Shown piece after piece: positions 9,071 through 18,457 of a stretch of 64,000 bases of DNA. Below the pieces are notes generated by a model, which was not told the origin of the DNA, did not search any database, and worked only from the letters and a program-made list of their open reading frames with translations. The stretch lies in the NCBI GenBank assembly GCA_044343545.1, contig JAWBZR010000002.1, positions 3,522 to 67,521 of the forward strand. The letters are read 5' to 3'. How positions within the stretch are numbered: the first letter of the stretch is position 1; every line of letters starts with the position of its first letter. The position numbers were made by a program, and so were the translations under genes. Source of the DNA: Candidatus Aenigmatarchaeota archaeon. Lineage in GTDB: Archaea; Aenigmatarchaeota; Aenigmatarchaeia; CG10238-14.

Positions 9071-10108
9071 ATGGGAGTACAAATATCTCCAATAATACCG
9101 AAGCAAGCAATAAACCTACAAGATCTCTCTGGCAAAAGAATAGCTATAGATGCTTTTAACATTATTTTTCAATTTCTTTCTATTATTAGACAAAAAGATA
9201 CTGGCGAGCCTTTAAGAGATAGCAAAGGAAGAGTTACTTCACACCTTTCAGGTCTTTTTTATAGGAATTTGAATTTTTTAGAGGCAGGTATAAAACCAAT
9301 ATATGTTTTTGATGGGGAACCGCCAAGAATGAAAAAAACAACAATAGAGTTTAGGGAAGCAAAAAGAGAAGAGGCCTTGAAAAAATGGGAAGAAGCCTTG
9401 AGGGAAGGGAGAAAAGAAGATATAATGGTTTATGCTCAAGCATCTTCGAGAATTACAGATGAAATGATAAAAGAAAGTAAAGAATTGTTGAGGGCTTTGG
9501 GCATACCCATAGTTCAAGCTCCTTCCGAAGGTGAAGCCCAAGCAAGTTATATGTGCATTAAAGGGGACGTGTTCGCCAGCTCGAGTCAAGATATGGACTC
9601 TTTGCTTTTTGGCTGCCCCAGACTTGTGAGAAATCTTTCAATAACTGGTAGAAGAAAGATGCCGAGAAAAGAAAAGTGGATCGAAATAAATCCGGAATTG
9701 ATAGAGCTTGAAACGGTTTTAAGAGAGTTGGGTATAACAAGAGAACAACTCATATTGGTAGGAATGCTTGTAGGAACCGATTATAATCCTGAAGGCATTC
9801 CTGGTTTCGGTCCTAAAAAAGCTTTGGATTTTGTCAAGGAAAAAAGAACGCTATCAGAAGTTCTAAAAAGCATAGAATGGATATCAGAAAATGATGCAGA
9901 AGAAATATTCAATTTTTTCATGAACCCAAAGGTTACAGATGATTATGAGATAAAATTTGGAGAAATAGATGTTGAAAAAGTGAAAAAAATTCTTGTAGAT
10001 GAGCATGAATTTTCCGAAGAAAGGGTTAACAGCAATCTGCAGAAATTTGTTGAGGCAAAGAGAAAAGGAATGCAGTATAACCTTTCATCTTGGTTCAAGA
10101 ATGAATGA
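9071..10108 (+). CDS. fen: Flap endonuclease 1 (FEN-1)
   Basis: N-terminal nuclease domain (RIAIDAFNIIFQFLS, VFDGEPP), intermediate domain, H3TH region (LVGTDYN) and a C-terminal PIP-like tail. Confidence 0.9.
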   Translation: MGVQISPIIPKQAINLQDLSGKRIAIDAFNIIFQFLSIIRQKDTGEPLRDSKGRVTSHLSGLFYRNLNFLEAGIKPIYVFDGEPPRMKKTTIEFREAKREEALKKWEEALREGRKEDIMVYAQASSRITDEMIKESKELLRALGIPIVQAPSEGEAQASYMCIKGDVFASSSQDMDSLLFGCPRLVRNLSITGRRKMPRKEKWIEINPELIELETVLRELGITREQLILVGMLVGTDYNPEGIPGFGPKKALDFVKEKRTLSEVLKSIEWISENDAEEIFNFFMNPKVTDDYEIKFGEIDVEKVKKILVDEHEFSEERVNSNLQKFVEAKRKGMQYNLSSWFKNE

Positions 10109-10793
10109 ATCTTTCCAAAAACCCCTTTAGTCCTTTTTGCTCATATTTTTTCGTTATTTCTTGCACAGTTTCCCAAGTTGTCCTTATGTTTTTCGGCATC
10201 TTTCCATTATTTTCCCTTGCCAGCTTTTCTAAAAATTCTATGGTCTTTGGGTCGTGACTATAACCCACGCCAAAATCAAAACCAAACTTTTTTTTGAGTT
10301 CCTCAATTTTTTTATCTCTTTCAACTTTTGCGATTATTGAAGCTGCAGACACGACAGGATACTTTTTGTCAGCATAATTTTCAAACACGAAGATCGATTT
10401 TTTAGCTTCTTCGTTGAGTTTTGACTTCAAGAAATCCTTGAATTTGTTGCTGTTGTAGCTCGGCGTATCTATTATAACCTTATCAGGCAGCAGCATGTTT
10501 ATCGCGTCAGCCATTTTTATTGCTTCTATTTGATTGAGGTTTAAGCCGCTTCTTCTCATGGAATCTATGTTGCATGCAGAAACTTGAAGGACGATGATGT
10601 TTTCTGCAATACTTTCTATTTCTTTCGCTAACTCTTCCCTTTTTTTTGGCGATAGTTCCTTTGAATCTCTAACTCCTATTTTTCTCAATTCACTTTCTTT
10701 GTCTTCCTCTACTATCAAGCCACAAATAACTAACGGTCCTATAACAGCACCTCTGCCAGCTTCATCCAATCCCATTACTTTGATCAAAATCAC
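10095..10793 (-). CDS. rnhB: Ribonuclease HII
   Basis: MGLDEAGRGAVIGPLVICG catalytic N-terminus. 232 aa. Confidence 0.9.
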   Translation of the reverse strand: MILIKVMGLDEAGRGAVIGPLVICGLIVEEDKESELRKIGVRDSKELSPKKREELAKEIESIAENIIVLQVSACNIDSMRRSGLNLNQIEAIKMADAINMLLPDKVIIDTPSYNSNKFKDFLKSKLNEEAKKSIFVFENYADKKYPVVSAASIIAKVERDKKIEELKKKFGFDFGVGYSHDPKTIEFLEKLARENNGKMPKNIRTTWETVQEITKKYEQKGLKGFLERFIHS

Positions 10794-10857
10794 CTTTTAT
10801 TATAAATTGTTTTTGCGTTATAAAGTTTCAAATTTTTGTGAAATTTAAGACTTTATA

Positions 10858-11313
10858 ATGCAAATTGAAAAAATTTTGGAAGAGTTGAAACATTCGAGAG
10901 AAATAGACGAAGTCTTGGCAAAATATAACTGGAAAGATTTTGAAAGCATGGTCGAATACATATTTATGCAACACGATTTTTCCGTGAAAAAGAATTTTAG
11001 ATTCAAAACAACCAAAAGATATGAAATAGATGTGTTGGCTGAGAAAGAAATCATATTTTGTGTCGAATGCAAAAGATGGGAGAGGGGTAGAAACAAGAGA
11101 GCTACGCTCTTGCTATCTTCCAATAAACATCTTGAGCGAGTGGAAGAGTTTAAGAAATTCGCGAATGTCAAAAAACATGTTATACCTATGATAATAACTT
11201 TAAGAGACGAAGGTTTTTATTTCGAAAACAAAACGTTTTTCATACCCATATGGTTTTTGAACGAGTTTTTGTTGAATGAAAGTTGGCATACTTCAGGTGA
11301 GCTTTTTAAATAG
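10858..11313 (+). CDS. Mrr-cat / PD-(D/E)xK restriction-endonuclease-fold protein
   Basis: FESMVEYIF...RYEIDVLAEKEIIFCVECKRWE fits the Mrr_cat D...E.K core. 151 aa. Confidence 0.5.
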   Translation: MQIEKILEELKHSREIDEVLAKYNWKDFESMVEYIFMQHDFSVKKNFRFKTTKRYEIDVLAEKEIIFCVECKRWERGRNKRATLLLSSNKHLERVEEFKKFANVKKHVIPMIITLRDEGFYFENKTFFIPIWFLNEFLLNESWHTSGELFK

Positions 11314-11345
11314 CAATATAAATATTTATAAAGTTTTATATACTG
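11310..11345 (+). promoter_or_regulatory. Putative archaeal promoter for tbp: AT-rich TATA-like elements (caatataaatatttataaagttttatata) followed by the Shine-Dalgarno sequence GGAGGTG at 11349-11355
   Basis: TATA-like octamers 20-45 nt upstream of the ATG at 11362. Strong SD 7 nt upstream of the start. Confidence 0.3.
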
Positions 11346-11361
11346 AAATGGAGGTGTAAAA

Positions 11362-11910
11362 ATGGCAAAGTTCGATATAAAAATAGAAAACATCGTTGCT
11401 TCGGCTTCTCTTGGCATCCGAGTTCCTTTAGAGAAGATGATAAAATATTTAGACGGCACGGAATACGAGCCAGAGCAATTTCCCGGTTTGGTTTATAGAA
11501 TAAAGGAGCCTAAAGCAGCAACGCTCATATTTTCTTCAGGTAAAATAGTCTGCACAGGAGCAAGAAGCATAGAGGATGTAAAAAGGGTGATTAAAAAAGT
11601 TATCGATGCAATAAAAAGTGCTGGTTTAGGCAACCCGACAAAGTATACTGTTCAAATAGAAAACATTGTCGCTTCCGCAAAGTTAAAGTCGTCTCTTAAT
11701 CTCGATAAAATAGCATTTGAGGTAGAAGAATCCGAGTATGAGCCAGAGCAATTTCCCGGCTTGGTTTTGAGAATGAAAAATCCAAAAGTAGCTTTTTTAC
11801 TTTTTTCCTCAGGTAAAATAGTTTGCACGGGGGCAAGAAAAATTAAAGACGTGGAAGCTGCCGTCGAAATGCTTTCGAATAAGCTAAAGAGTATAGGTGC
11901 AATTGAATAA
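11362..11910 (+). CDS. tbp: TATA-box binding protein
   Basis: Two direct repeats IENIVAS...EYEPEQFPGLV...SSGKIVCTGAR. 182 aa. Confidence 0.9.
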   Translation: MAKFDIKIENIVASASLGIRVPLEKMIKYLDGTEYEPEQFPGLVYRIKEPKAATLIFSSGKIVCTGARSIEDVKRVIKKVIDAIKSAGLGNPTKYTVQIENIVASAKLKSSLNLDKIAFEVEESEYEPEQFPGLVLRMKNPKVAFLLFSSGKIVCTGARKIKDVEAAVEMLSNKLKSIGAIE

Positions 11911-11971
11911 TTCAAACTACAAAAAAACATTCAACAAAACATAAGAATTTCAGTTGTAAACTTTATTCTAT

Positions 11972-13990
11972 ATGCGAGAGAGAGATATTTTAGATACTTT
12001 TATCGACTTTCTTAGAAATTATTATTATAGACAGTTAGCCGATGTTATAGCACGCGATGAAAAATCGCTTCAAGTGGATTTCAGCCTACTCGACAAATAT
12101 AGCCCGGAAATGGCCGACTTGTTATTGGAAAAGCCTGAAGAAATGTTAAAGTTATTCGAGGATGCGGTTGAGCAAATAGATTTGCCACAAAAGAAGAAGA
12201 TAAAAATAAGAATGTTCAATTTGCCTGAAAGTAGTAAAATAAGAATAAGAAACATCAGATCTGAACATCTAGGCAAATTGTTATGTGTTGACGGGATAGT
12301 TAAGAGAGCTTCTGAAATAAGACCGGAAATTGCTGAAATAGTTTTTCAATGCAGCGAATGTGGAGAAAAGATAACCGTTTTGCAGACAGAGAAGGAAAAA
12401 ACAATTGTTTATCCAAGCATGTGCGAAAATTGTAAATCAAAGAGAGGATTCAAAATTCTTGAACAAAAACTCTACGATGCAAGATGGATAGCAATAGAAG
12501 AGCCGTTTGAGATAACAACGGGTGAGAGACCGTCAGAAATAATGGTTTACTTGAAAGAAGACCTCACCACGCCAAAGATGCAATATAAAACAGACCCTGG
12601 AAATAGAATAAAAGTTATAGGCATATTAAAAGAAGTTCCTAAGAGAGCTGGAAAGGGAGGAAAATCAAGACAAATGGAGGTGTTAATAGAGGCAAACAAC
12701 ATCGAGTCAACCCAAACGGAGTGGGAAGACATAGTCATAACGCCAGAAGAAGAAAAAATGATAAAAGAGCTTTCCAGCGACCCAGACATTTATAATAAAC
12801 TCATAGCATCTTTAGCTCCGGGAATGTATGGTTTAGAAGTTGTTAAGCTTGCTATAATCTTGCAATTTTTCGGAGGCGTTCCAAAAGTATTAAAAGATGG
12901 AACAAGAATAAGAGGTGATATTCATATCCTCATAGTTGGTGACCCTGCTGTAGGGAAAAGCCAATTATTGAAACTTGCTTCTCAAATGATGCCGAGAGCA
13001 AAATACGTTTCTGGTAAGGGTGTGACGGGAGCTGGATTAACTGCTGCCGTTGTCCGTGACGAGCAGTTTCTTGGTGGTTGGGTGTTGGAAGCAGGCGCCC
13101 TTGTTTTGGCGAACAATTCTTTGATAAGTATAGACGAGTTTGATAAAATGGAAAAGAGTGATCAGATAGCAATGCACGAAGCAATGTCACTTCAACAAAT
13201 TTCTATAGCCAAAGCTTCAATTGTAGCCACTTTACCTGCGAAAACAGCTGTTTTAGCAGCAGCCAATCCGAAATATAGCAGGTTCGACCCTTACATACCC
13301 ATAGGAGAGCAAGTCGACATACCAGAAACTTTACTTAGCAGGTTCGATGTAAAATTTGCTTTAAAGGATATACCTAATCCGGAAATAGACGAAAAAATGG
13401 TGGATCATGCTTTGAAGGCAAGACATTTTAATGTGGAAGAAGCAGCACCGTTAATAGATCCAGAATTATTCAAAAAATACGTTGCTTATGTGAGAATGCA
13501 TTGTCACCCTGTTTTAACCGAAGAGGCAGCGAAGAAATTAAAGGAATTTTATTTGATGATGAGAAGTTCATCCGTTTCTGGCGAAAGGCAGGCCGTAGCT
13601 ATAACAATGAGACAATATGAATCATTGATAAGATTGGCCGAAGCGAGTGCTAAGGTTCAACTAAGGAATTTTGTTACAGAAGAGGATGCCGAGAGAGCGA
13701 TTGAGATAATGAAGTATTCTTTGAGACAATTTGGTTTTGACGAAAAAACTGGTACTTTTGACATAGATAAAGCTGAAGGTGGAATGAGTAGTGCCCAAAG
13801 AAGCAAAATAAAGATTTTGTTAGATGTTATAGCCGAGTTGGAGAAAGCTTTCGGGAAACTTATACCATTAGAAGATCTCAAAACTAAAGCTTTAGAAAAC
13901 GGTGTTGATGACGTTGAAATGATGATAAGGAAAATGAAAGAAGAAGGTGTAATTTTTGAGCCGAAGCACGGTTATATACAGAAAATTTAA
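11972..13990 (+). CDS. mcm: MCM replicative helicase
   Basis: C4 zinc finger (CSECGEK...CENC), Walker A GDPAVGKSQLL, Walker B IDEFDKM, arginine finger SRFD, and a C-terminal wHTH. Confidence 0.9.
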   Translation: MRERDILDTFIDFLRNYYYRQLADVIARDEKSLQVDFSLLDKYSPEMADLLLEKPEEMLKLFEDAVEQIDLPQKKKIKIRMFNLPESSKIRIRNIRSEHLGKLLCVDGIVKRASEIRPEIAEIVFQCSECGEKITVLQTEKEKTIVYPSMCENCKSKRGFKILEQKLYDARWIAIEEPFEITTGERPSEIMVYLKEDLTTPKMQYKTDPGNRIKVIGILKEVPKRAGKGGKSRQMEVLIEANNIESTQTEWEDIVITPEEEKMIKELSSDPDIYNKLIASLAPGMYGLEVVKLAIILQFFGGVPKVLKDGTRIRGDIHILIVGDPAVGKSQLLKLASQMMPRAKYVSGKGVTGAGLTAAVVRDEQFLGGWVLEAGALVLANNSLISIDEFDKMEKSDQIAMHEAMSLQQISIAKASIVATLPAKTAVLAAANPKYSRFDPYIPIGEQVDIPETLLSRFDVKFALKDIPNPEIDEKMVDHALKARHFNVEEAAPLIDPELFKKYVAYVRMHCHPVLTEEAAKKLKEFYLMMRSSSVSGERQAVAITMRQYESLIRLAEASAKVQLRNFVTEEDAERAIEIMKYSLRQFGFDEKTGTFDIDKAEGGMSSAQRSKIKILLDVIAELEKAFGKLIPLEDLKTKALENGVDDVEMMIRKMKEEGVIFEPKHGYIQKI

Positions 13991-13998
13991 ATCTTCTT

Positions 13999-14640
13999 GT
14001 GCCGATAAAGTTATTCATGAAAATTGGTTTGATAGATTGGATTCTTGACACTTTTAACCTGAGAAAGCCAATAAGGCTTGGAATATATGGCAGCGTTAAT
14101 GTTGGCAAAACTACTCTCGCAAATAGAATATCTCTCGATTGGACTGGCGAAGAAATAGGAAAAGTATCTGAAATACCACATGAAACAAGATTTGTGCAAA
14201 AAAAAGAAAGAATTGAAATAAAACATGGCGGTAAAAAGATTATAATAAACTTGTTAGATATGCCTGGTTTAGCAACAAAAATAGATTACAGAGATTTTTT
14301 GAAGTATGGAATGAAAAGAAAGGAAGCTAAGGAGAGAGCTAAGGAAGCAACTCAAGGAGTTATAGAAGCAATAAAATGGTTGAACAACGTCGATGCCGTT
14401 TTAGCTGTTATGGATGCTACAAAGGATCCTCTAACTCAAGTGAATGCAACGTTGCTCGGAAATTTGGAAGCGAAGAAAATTCCTGTGATTATAGTTATAA
14501 ATAAAATTGATTTGAAAAACGCAAAGCCGCAACATATAAAGGAAGTGTTTTCACAATATCCATCGGTGGAAGTTTCCGCTCTTACAGGAAAAAACATGGA
14601 AAAACTTTACGAAATGATTGCAAAATACGCGAGGAGATAA
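13999..14640 (+). CDS. Small P-loop GTPase (COG2229-like predicted archaeal GTPase)
   Basis: G1 GSVNVGKTT, G3 DMPG, G4 NKID. 213 aa. Confidence 0.6.
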   Translation: MPIKLFMKIGLIDWILDTFNLRKPIRLGIYGSVNVGKTTLANRISLDWTGEEIGKVSEIPHETRFVQKKERIEIKHGGKKIIINLLDMPGLATKIDYRDFLKYGMKRKEAKERAKEATQGVIEAIKWLNNVDAVLAVMDATKDPLTQVNATLLGNLEAKKIPVIIVINKIDLKNAKPQHIKEVFSQYPSVEVSALTGKNMEKLYEMIAKYARR

Positions 14641-14643
14641 CTG

Positions 14644-15057
14644 ATGAAAAAATTAAAGTTGGATTTCATTTCATCGTCCTTGCTAAGCAATCAAGATCCA
14701 GAAAAGAGAATAGATTTTATTCTAAAAAAAATAAAGGAAGGCTCGATAGTCGTGATAGATGGCGTGTTGAAACCGGAAGAAGAAATGAATTTGATAAGAG
14801 AAACGATGAGAAGAGTAGATGATGGTTTTCCGGGAATCGAGGTTTGCAGCATGAAGAAACCTTCAACTTTCTTTAATGTTTTAATAGACAAATTTATGGA
14901 TCAAAAAGAAAACATTCAAAAATTTTTTGGAACTTTAACTGGAAACACTTCTATTGCTACAAATCTAAGAACCGGCATAACTTTTATAGGTCCGGCTAAA
15001 TTAATTAAAAAGATAAAAAAGAATCCAGATTCATTTTCTATACTGGCAGAGGTTTAG
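14644..15057 (+). CDS. Conserved archaeal protein of unknown function, DUF2073-like. Follows the GTPase with a 3-nt gap.
   Basis: 137-aa ORF tightly packed between the GTPase and a Zn-ribbon gene. Family assignment from memory only. Confidence 0.4.
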   Translation: MKKLKLDFISSSLLSNQDPEKRIDFILKKIKEGSIVVIDGVLKPEEEMNLIRETMRRVDDGFPGIEVCSMKKPSTFFNVLIDKFMDQKENIQKFFGTLTGNTSIATNLRTGITFIGPAKLIKKIKKNPDSFSILAEV

Positions 15058-15060
15058 TTT

Positions 15061-15435
15061 ATGTCCCACAAATGTCTTCGCTGCGGAAAAGTGTATGATG
15101 ATAACGACCCACAAATAATTAATGGTTGCACTTGCGGCTCCATATTTTTCTTCTTTATCAAAGACAAGGTTGAATCCAAGAAATTAGAAGAGATAGAAAA
15201 AACCTTGAATTTGCAAAGAACAACTCTTGAGGCTGAGTTGGAAAAAGAATTCATTAAGGTTGCTACCGGTGAAAACAATTTCGGAATAGAGACGATAAAA
15301 AATCCGAAAGATGGTGTTTATGAAATAAACATCGATGCTCTTATGAAAAGGCAACCTTTGATAATATTAAGGCAAGGAAAAACTTATTTGATACATTTAC
15401 CTTCTGTTTTTGAAAAAGTGAGAGAGAGACATTAA
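15061..15435 (+). CDS. Zn-ribbon protein (COG3364/DUF2072-like)
   Basis: N-terminal CLRCGKVYDD...CTCGS Zn-ribbon, then a coiled-coil region. 124 aa. Confidence 0.45.
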   Translation: MSHKCLRCGKVYDDNDPQIINGCTCGSIFFFFIKDKVESKKLEEIEKTLNLQRTTLEAELEKEFIKVATGENNFGIETIKNPKDGVYEINIDALMKRQPLIILRQGKTYLIHLPSVFEKVRERH

Positions 15436-15454
15436 TGTTTATTTTCCAGCAACA

Positions 15455-15775
15455 TTATTTAATTTCTTGTGATATACCTTCACTTGTTGTCAAGTTTTTT
15501 ATTATACCAGCATTAACTGCTTGATAAATCTCTATCGTCTTGTTTTTTTGTTGGTTATAAAATATTTGTTTTTGATAGCAATAGCAATTATCATCTTTCA
15601 CAAAAGCAAATTCGAGCCCAGCGAATTCACAAAATTGCGTGCATATAGATTTGTCTGGTTTCTTGATCGAATGACTGCCAAGATAAAAACCTGCCAAGAA
15701 AACAGCTATTAAAATTAACAATCCGAGCAAGTCCCTCTTTCTTATTCTTATGTAATCGCTCTCTTGTGTAGGCAT
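15455..15775 (-). CDS. Small membrane-anchored Cys-rich protein
   Basis: N-terminal TM helix. CTQFCEF...DDNCYCY cysteine cluster. Confidence 0.35.
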   Translation of the reverse strand: MPTQESDYIRIRKRDLLGLLILIAVFLAGFYLGSHSIKKPDKSICTQFCEFAGLEFAFVKDDNCYCYQKQIFYNQQKNKTIEIYQAVNAGIIKNLTTSEGISQEIK

Positions 15776-15832
15776 ACAATTTATATCTTTTTCAACAATT
15801 TAAAACTTTTTTATTGAAAAAACAATTTATAT

Positions 15833-16285
15833 TTGATGAAAAAGTTTTTGATATTAACAATAATTTTTATATTGATTTTGTTGAATTCTTCTTTTTCTCA
15901 AGATATAGACGTAACTCTGTATTTAAATTCGAGTAGAATCGAGTTAGATAATGGAATAAATGTTCGAGGGATCGTGACAGAGAATGGTGAACCTCAACAA
16001 TCAACAGTGTATGTGAAGGTGGATGACAAGATTGTTTGCATTATTTTTACCAATTCTTCAGGCATTTACGAATGTTCTTTTAGTTTGAATAAAGTCGGAA
16101 AGTTTCAAATATTCGTCACTGCCATTACTTCATCTCATGCAAAGACGGTGAGCAAGGAAATATCTACATTCATTTCTTTTGGTGAAAAAATTAAAGAAGT
16201 TTATTGCAAGCAAAAAGCCGTGTTGATTCAAAATATCGATGGTTCTATAAAATTTTCTAAAATGAAAATTTGTATTGGCGAGTGA
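15833..16285 (+). CDS. Secreted protein. First gene of the surface/pilin-like locus.
   Basis: N-terminal signal-like MMKKFLILTIIFILILLNSSFSQ. Beta-rich Ig-like composition. Confidence 0.4.
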   Translation: MMKKFLILTIIFILILLNSSFSQDIDVTLYLNSSRIELDNGINVRGIVTENGEPQQSTVYVKVDDKIVCIIFTNSSGIYECSFSLNKVGKFQIFVTAITSSHAKTVSKEISTFISFGEKIKEVYCKQKAVLIQNIDGSIKFSKMKICIGE

Positions 16286-16291
16286 TGAAAG

Positions 16292-17506
16292 ATGAATTGG
16301 TTCGAGTTCGTTCTTTCAACTTTCATTTTTCTTTTATTTTCAACTTTCATCATTTTTTATTTCACAAATAGAGTTTCTTCGAGATTGGATGATATGAAAT
16401 TTTATGAGATGAAAGCTAAAGCAACAATAGTTGAAAGCATTTTACTTTTTCCTGAAGAGTCAGAAAAATTTGAGGAATTTGAAACTATTACTCAAAAAAC
16501 ATATTACAGAGTTTTGATGGTTGATGGAAAAGAGAATCAACGAAAAAAAGAAATAGTAAACTTCTTTATACACATTGACGAGAATTGTGAAAAAAATATA
16601 ACAAAAGATAGTATTTTAATTTTTGATGAAAATGCTACTCAAGTTCCTTTTGTTTTTTATGAAGAAAACTATTGCGGTAACGGAAAAATAAAAAATGCAA
16701 AAATAATTTTTTTTGATTCTTTCAATGCCACAAGAAATTATTTCATCTACTATTCATGTTTAAATTTTACTCGAGAAACAATTTTCAACTCCACTTTGGT
16801 TGGATTTTGGAATTTTGATGAAGAAGGTTTCATAGCTTTAGACAAAACAGAAAATAAAAATCACGGAGAAATCATCGATTTGGAAAGAGTCCCAGGAAAA
16901 TTTGGTATGGCATTGAATTTTTCAGGTCAAGGTTTTGTGAATGTAAGTAAAGGCAACAATCTATCCAATGAAAAAACATCAATAGAATTTTGGGTTTTCA
17001 TAACAAACTTTACCGAAGCAACCATTATTGAAAAATACGATTCATATGGAGTTAAGCTCGAAAATGATAAAATAAAAGGATATGTTGTTGGCTTACCTTC
17101 AAATTATCAACCTTCTTTTTCTATTGATCAGAACAAATGGCATCACATAGTTTTTACGTCCAATGGCACTTTACATAATCTTTACATTGATGGAAGCTTG
17201 CGCAATTCAACTGAATACGAAGCGAATATTCCTTTGAATGTCGGGCCATTAAGTATAGGTGCAACATATGATGGAAGCAAAAAATTTTATGGTTTGATAG
17301 ATGAAGTGAGAATATATTCTCATTTCATGGAGGAAGACGAGGTGGAAAGGGCGAATGATTCCAAACCTATCAACATAATGATATATCCGGAAACAGAGAG
17401 CAAAATTATTTCAATTAATAAAATTAAAGCTATGAAAAATTTTGATTCAAGTCAAATAGATCGAATTTTTGGTTTTCACAATTTCTATGTAGAGGTGGGA
17501 GAATGA
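16292..17506 (+). CDS. Membrane-anchored LamG / concanavalin-A-like lectin domain protein
   Basis: N-terminal TM. LamG signature ...GMALNFSGQGFVNV...WHHIVFTSNGTLHNLYIDGSL...GLIDEVRIYSHFMEEDEV. Confidence 0.55.
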   Translation: MNWFEFVLSTFIFLLFSTFIIFYFTNRVSSRLDDMKFYEMKAKATIVESILLFPEESEKFEEFETITQKTYYRVLMVDGKENQRKKEIVNFFIHIDENCEKNITKDSILIFDENATQVPFVFYEENYCGNGKIKNAKIIFFDSFNATRNYFIYYSCLNFTRETIFNSTLVGFWNFDEEGFIALDKTENKNHGEIIDLERVPGKFGMALNFSGQGFVNVSKGNNLSNEKTSIEFWVFITNFTEATIIEKYDSYGVKLENDKIKGYVVGLPSNYQPSFSIDQNKWHHIVFTSNGTLHNLYIDGSLRNSTEYEANIPLNVGPLSIGATYDGSKKFYGLIDEVRIYSHFMEEDEVERANDSKPINIMIYPETESKIISINKIKAMKNFDSSQIDRIFGFHNFYVEVGE

Positions 17507-17883
17507 AAGGAATAAACTTTATGATAGAGTTGGCAATTTCCATAATTTTAATTTTTTCCATTTTCTATTTATTCACAAAAAACGTGGAAAAAAAAGATTT
17601 TTTGTCAAAACAAAAATATGAGATTTTTCAAGCGCTTGAAATTTTAGATCAATCAAATAATCTTAGGCCTCATGCTTTGAGAAACGAGGCAAATATTATA
17701 AAAGAAAAATTATCGTATTTTTCGCCTACAAAAAATTATTCTGTTGTTATATTTAACAAAACTACCAATACAACAGAAATTCCAAATATCGAAAGTAGAA
17801 ATGTTGCTATAGTTGATTATTTGATTGCAGGTGATTTCGGTCTTTATGAGCCAAGAATAATAAAAGTTTTCATATGGGATTAA
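17503..17883 (+). CDS. Prepilin-like protein with class III signal peptide (MKG|INFMIELAISIILIF)
   Basis: KG cleavage-like motif followed by a hydrophobic helix. ATGA start/stop overlap with the upstream gene. Confidence 0.4.
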   Translation: MKGINFMIELAISIILIFSIFYLFTKNVEKKDFLSKQKYEIFQALEILDQSNNLRPHALRNEANIIKEKLSYFSPTKNYSVVIFNKTTNTTEIPNIESRNVAIVDYLIAGDFGLYEPRIIKVFIWD

Positions 17884-17884
17884 A

Positions 17885-18457
17885 ATGAAGGGTCAGGCCA
17901 TTTTAATGTCAGCAATGATTTTGATAATGGTTTTTACCATAATAGAATTAGACATTTTTAATTTTTTGCAAAATCCAACATTAGATAAAGACTACAATTT
18001 ACACTATTTTGAAAAATTAAAAAAAGAAATAACTCTAGCTTTAACAAACGAAAATTCTGTTGAAAACTTTTTAGATTTTTTACTATTAATAAAACAAGAT
18101 GCTGCTTTGAAAAATTACAATTTTTCTCTTTTTAGTGTCATAGCAACAAACGATACAAACAAACTTAATGTAAGCGTTTTGAATTATCTTGACACTAATA
18201 TCAATGTCACATTGAAAATCAACACGACGCCTCATCAAATACAAAATATTCTATTAATGAAGGGAGAATGTTATAATTTTACGTTTGATATAGAAAGCGA
18301 TAGTGATTACGAACTTGAAATAAATTACACTGAAAACATAACCATACCTATAATTTTTAGAGAAAAAAATAACATTTTTGCTTTCATAGATGTATTTCTT
18401 CAGAATGAAAATATAAGATACATAGATAAATTTCGAAAGTCATATTATTTCTCATGA
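17885..18457 (+). CDS. Prepilin-like protein with class III signal peptide (MKG|QAILMSAMILIMVF)
   Basis: Canonical archaeal pilin N-terminus (KGQ + hydrophobic stretch). 190 aa, Asn/Thr-rich, so possibly N-glycosylated. Confidence 0.45.
   Translation: MKGQAILMSAMILIMVFTIIELDIFNFLQNPTLDKDYNLHYFEKLKKEITLALTNENSVENFLDFLLLIKQDAALKNYNFSLFSVIATNDTNKLNVSVLNYLDTNINVTLKINTTPHQIQNILLMKGECYNFTFDIESDSDYELEINYTENITIPIIFREKNNIFAFIDVFLQNENIRYIDKFRKSYYFS

Noticed and set aside
8882-9106. Minus-strand ORF (74 aa) overlapping the small membrane protein and the fen start
   Set aside because: The poly-Phe/Ser translation derives from the antisense of the KEKEEEE-coding low-complexity stretch, and it overlaps the strongly supported fen start.
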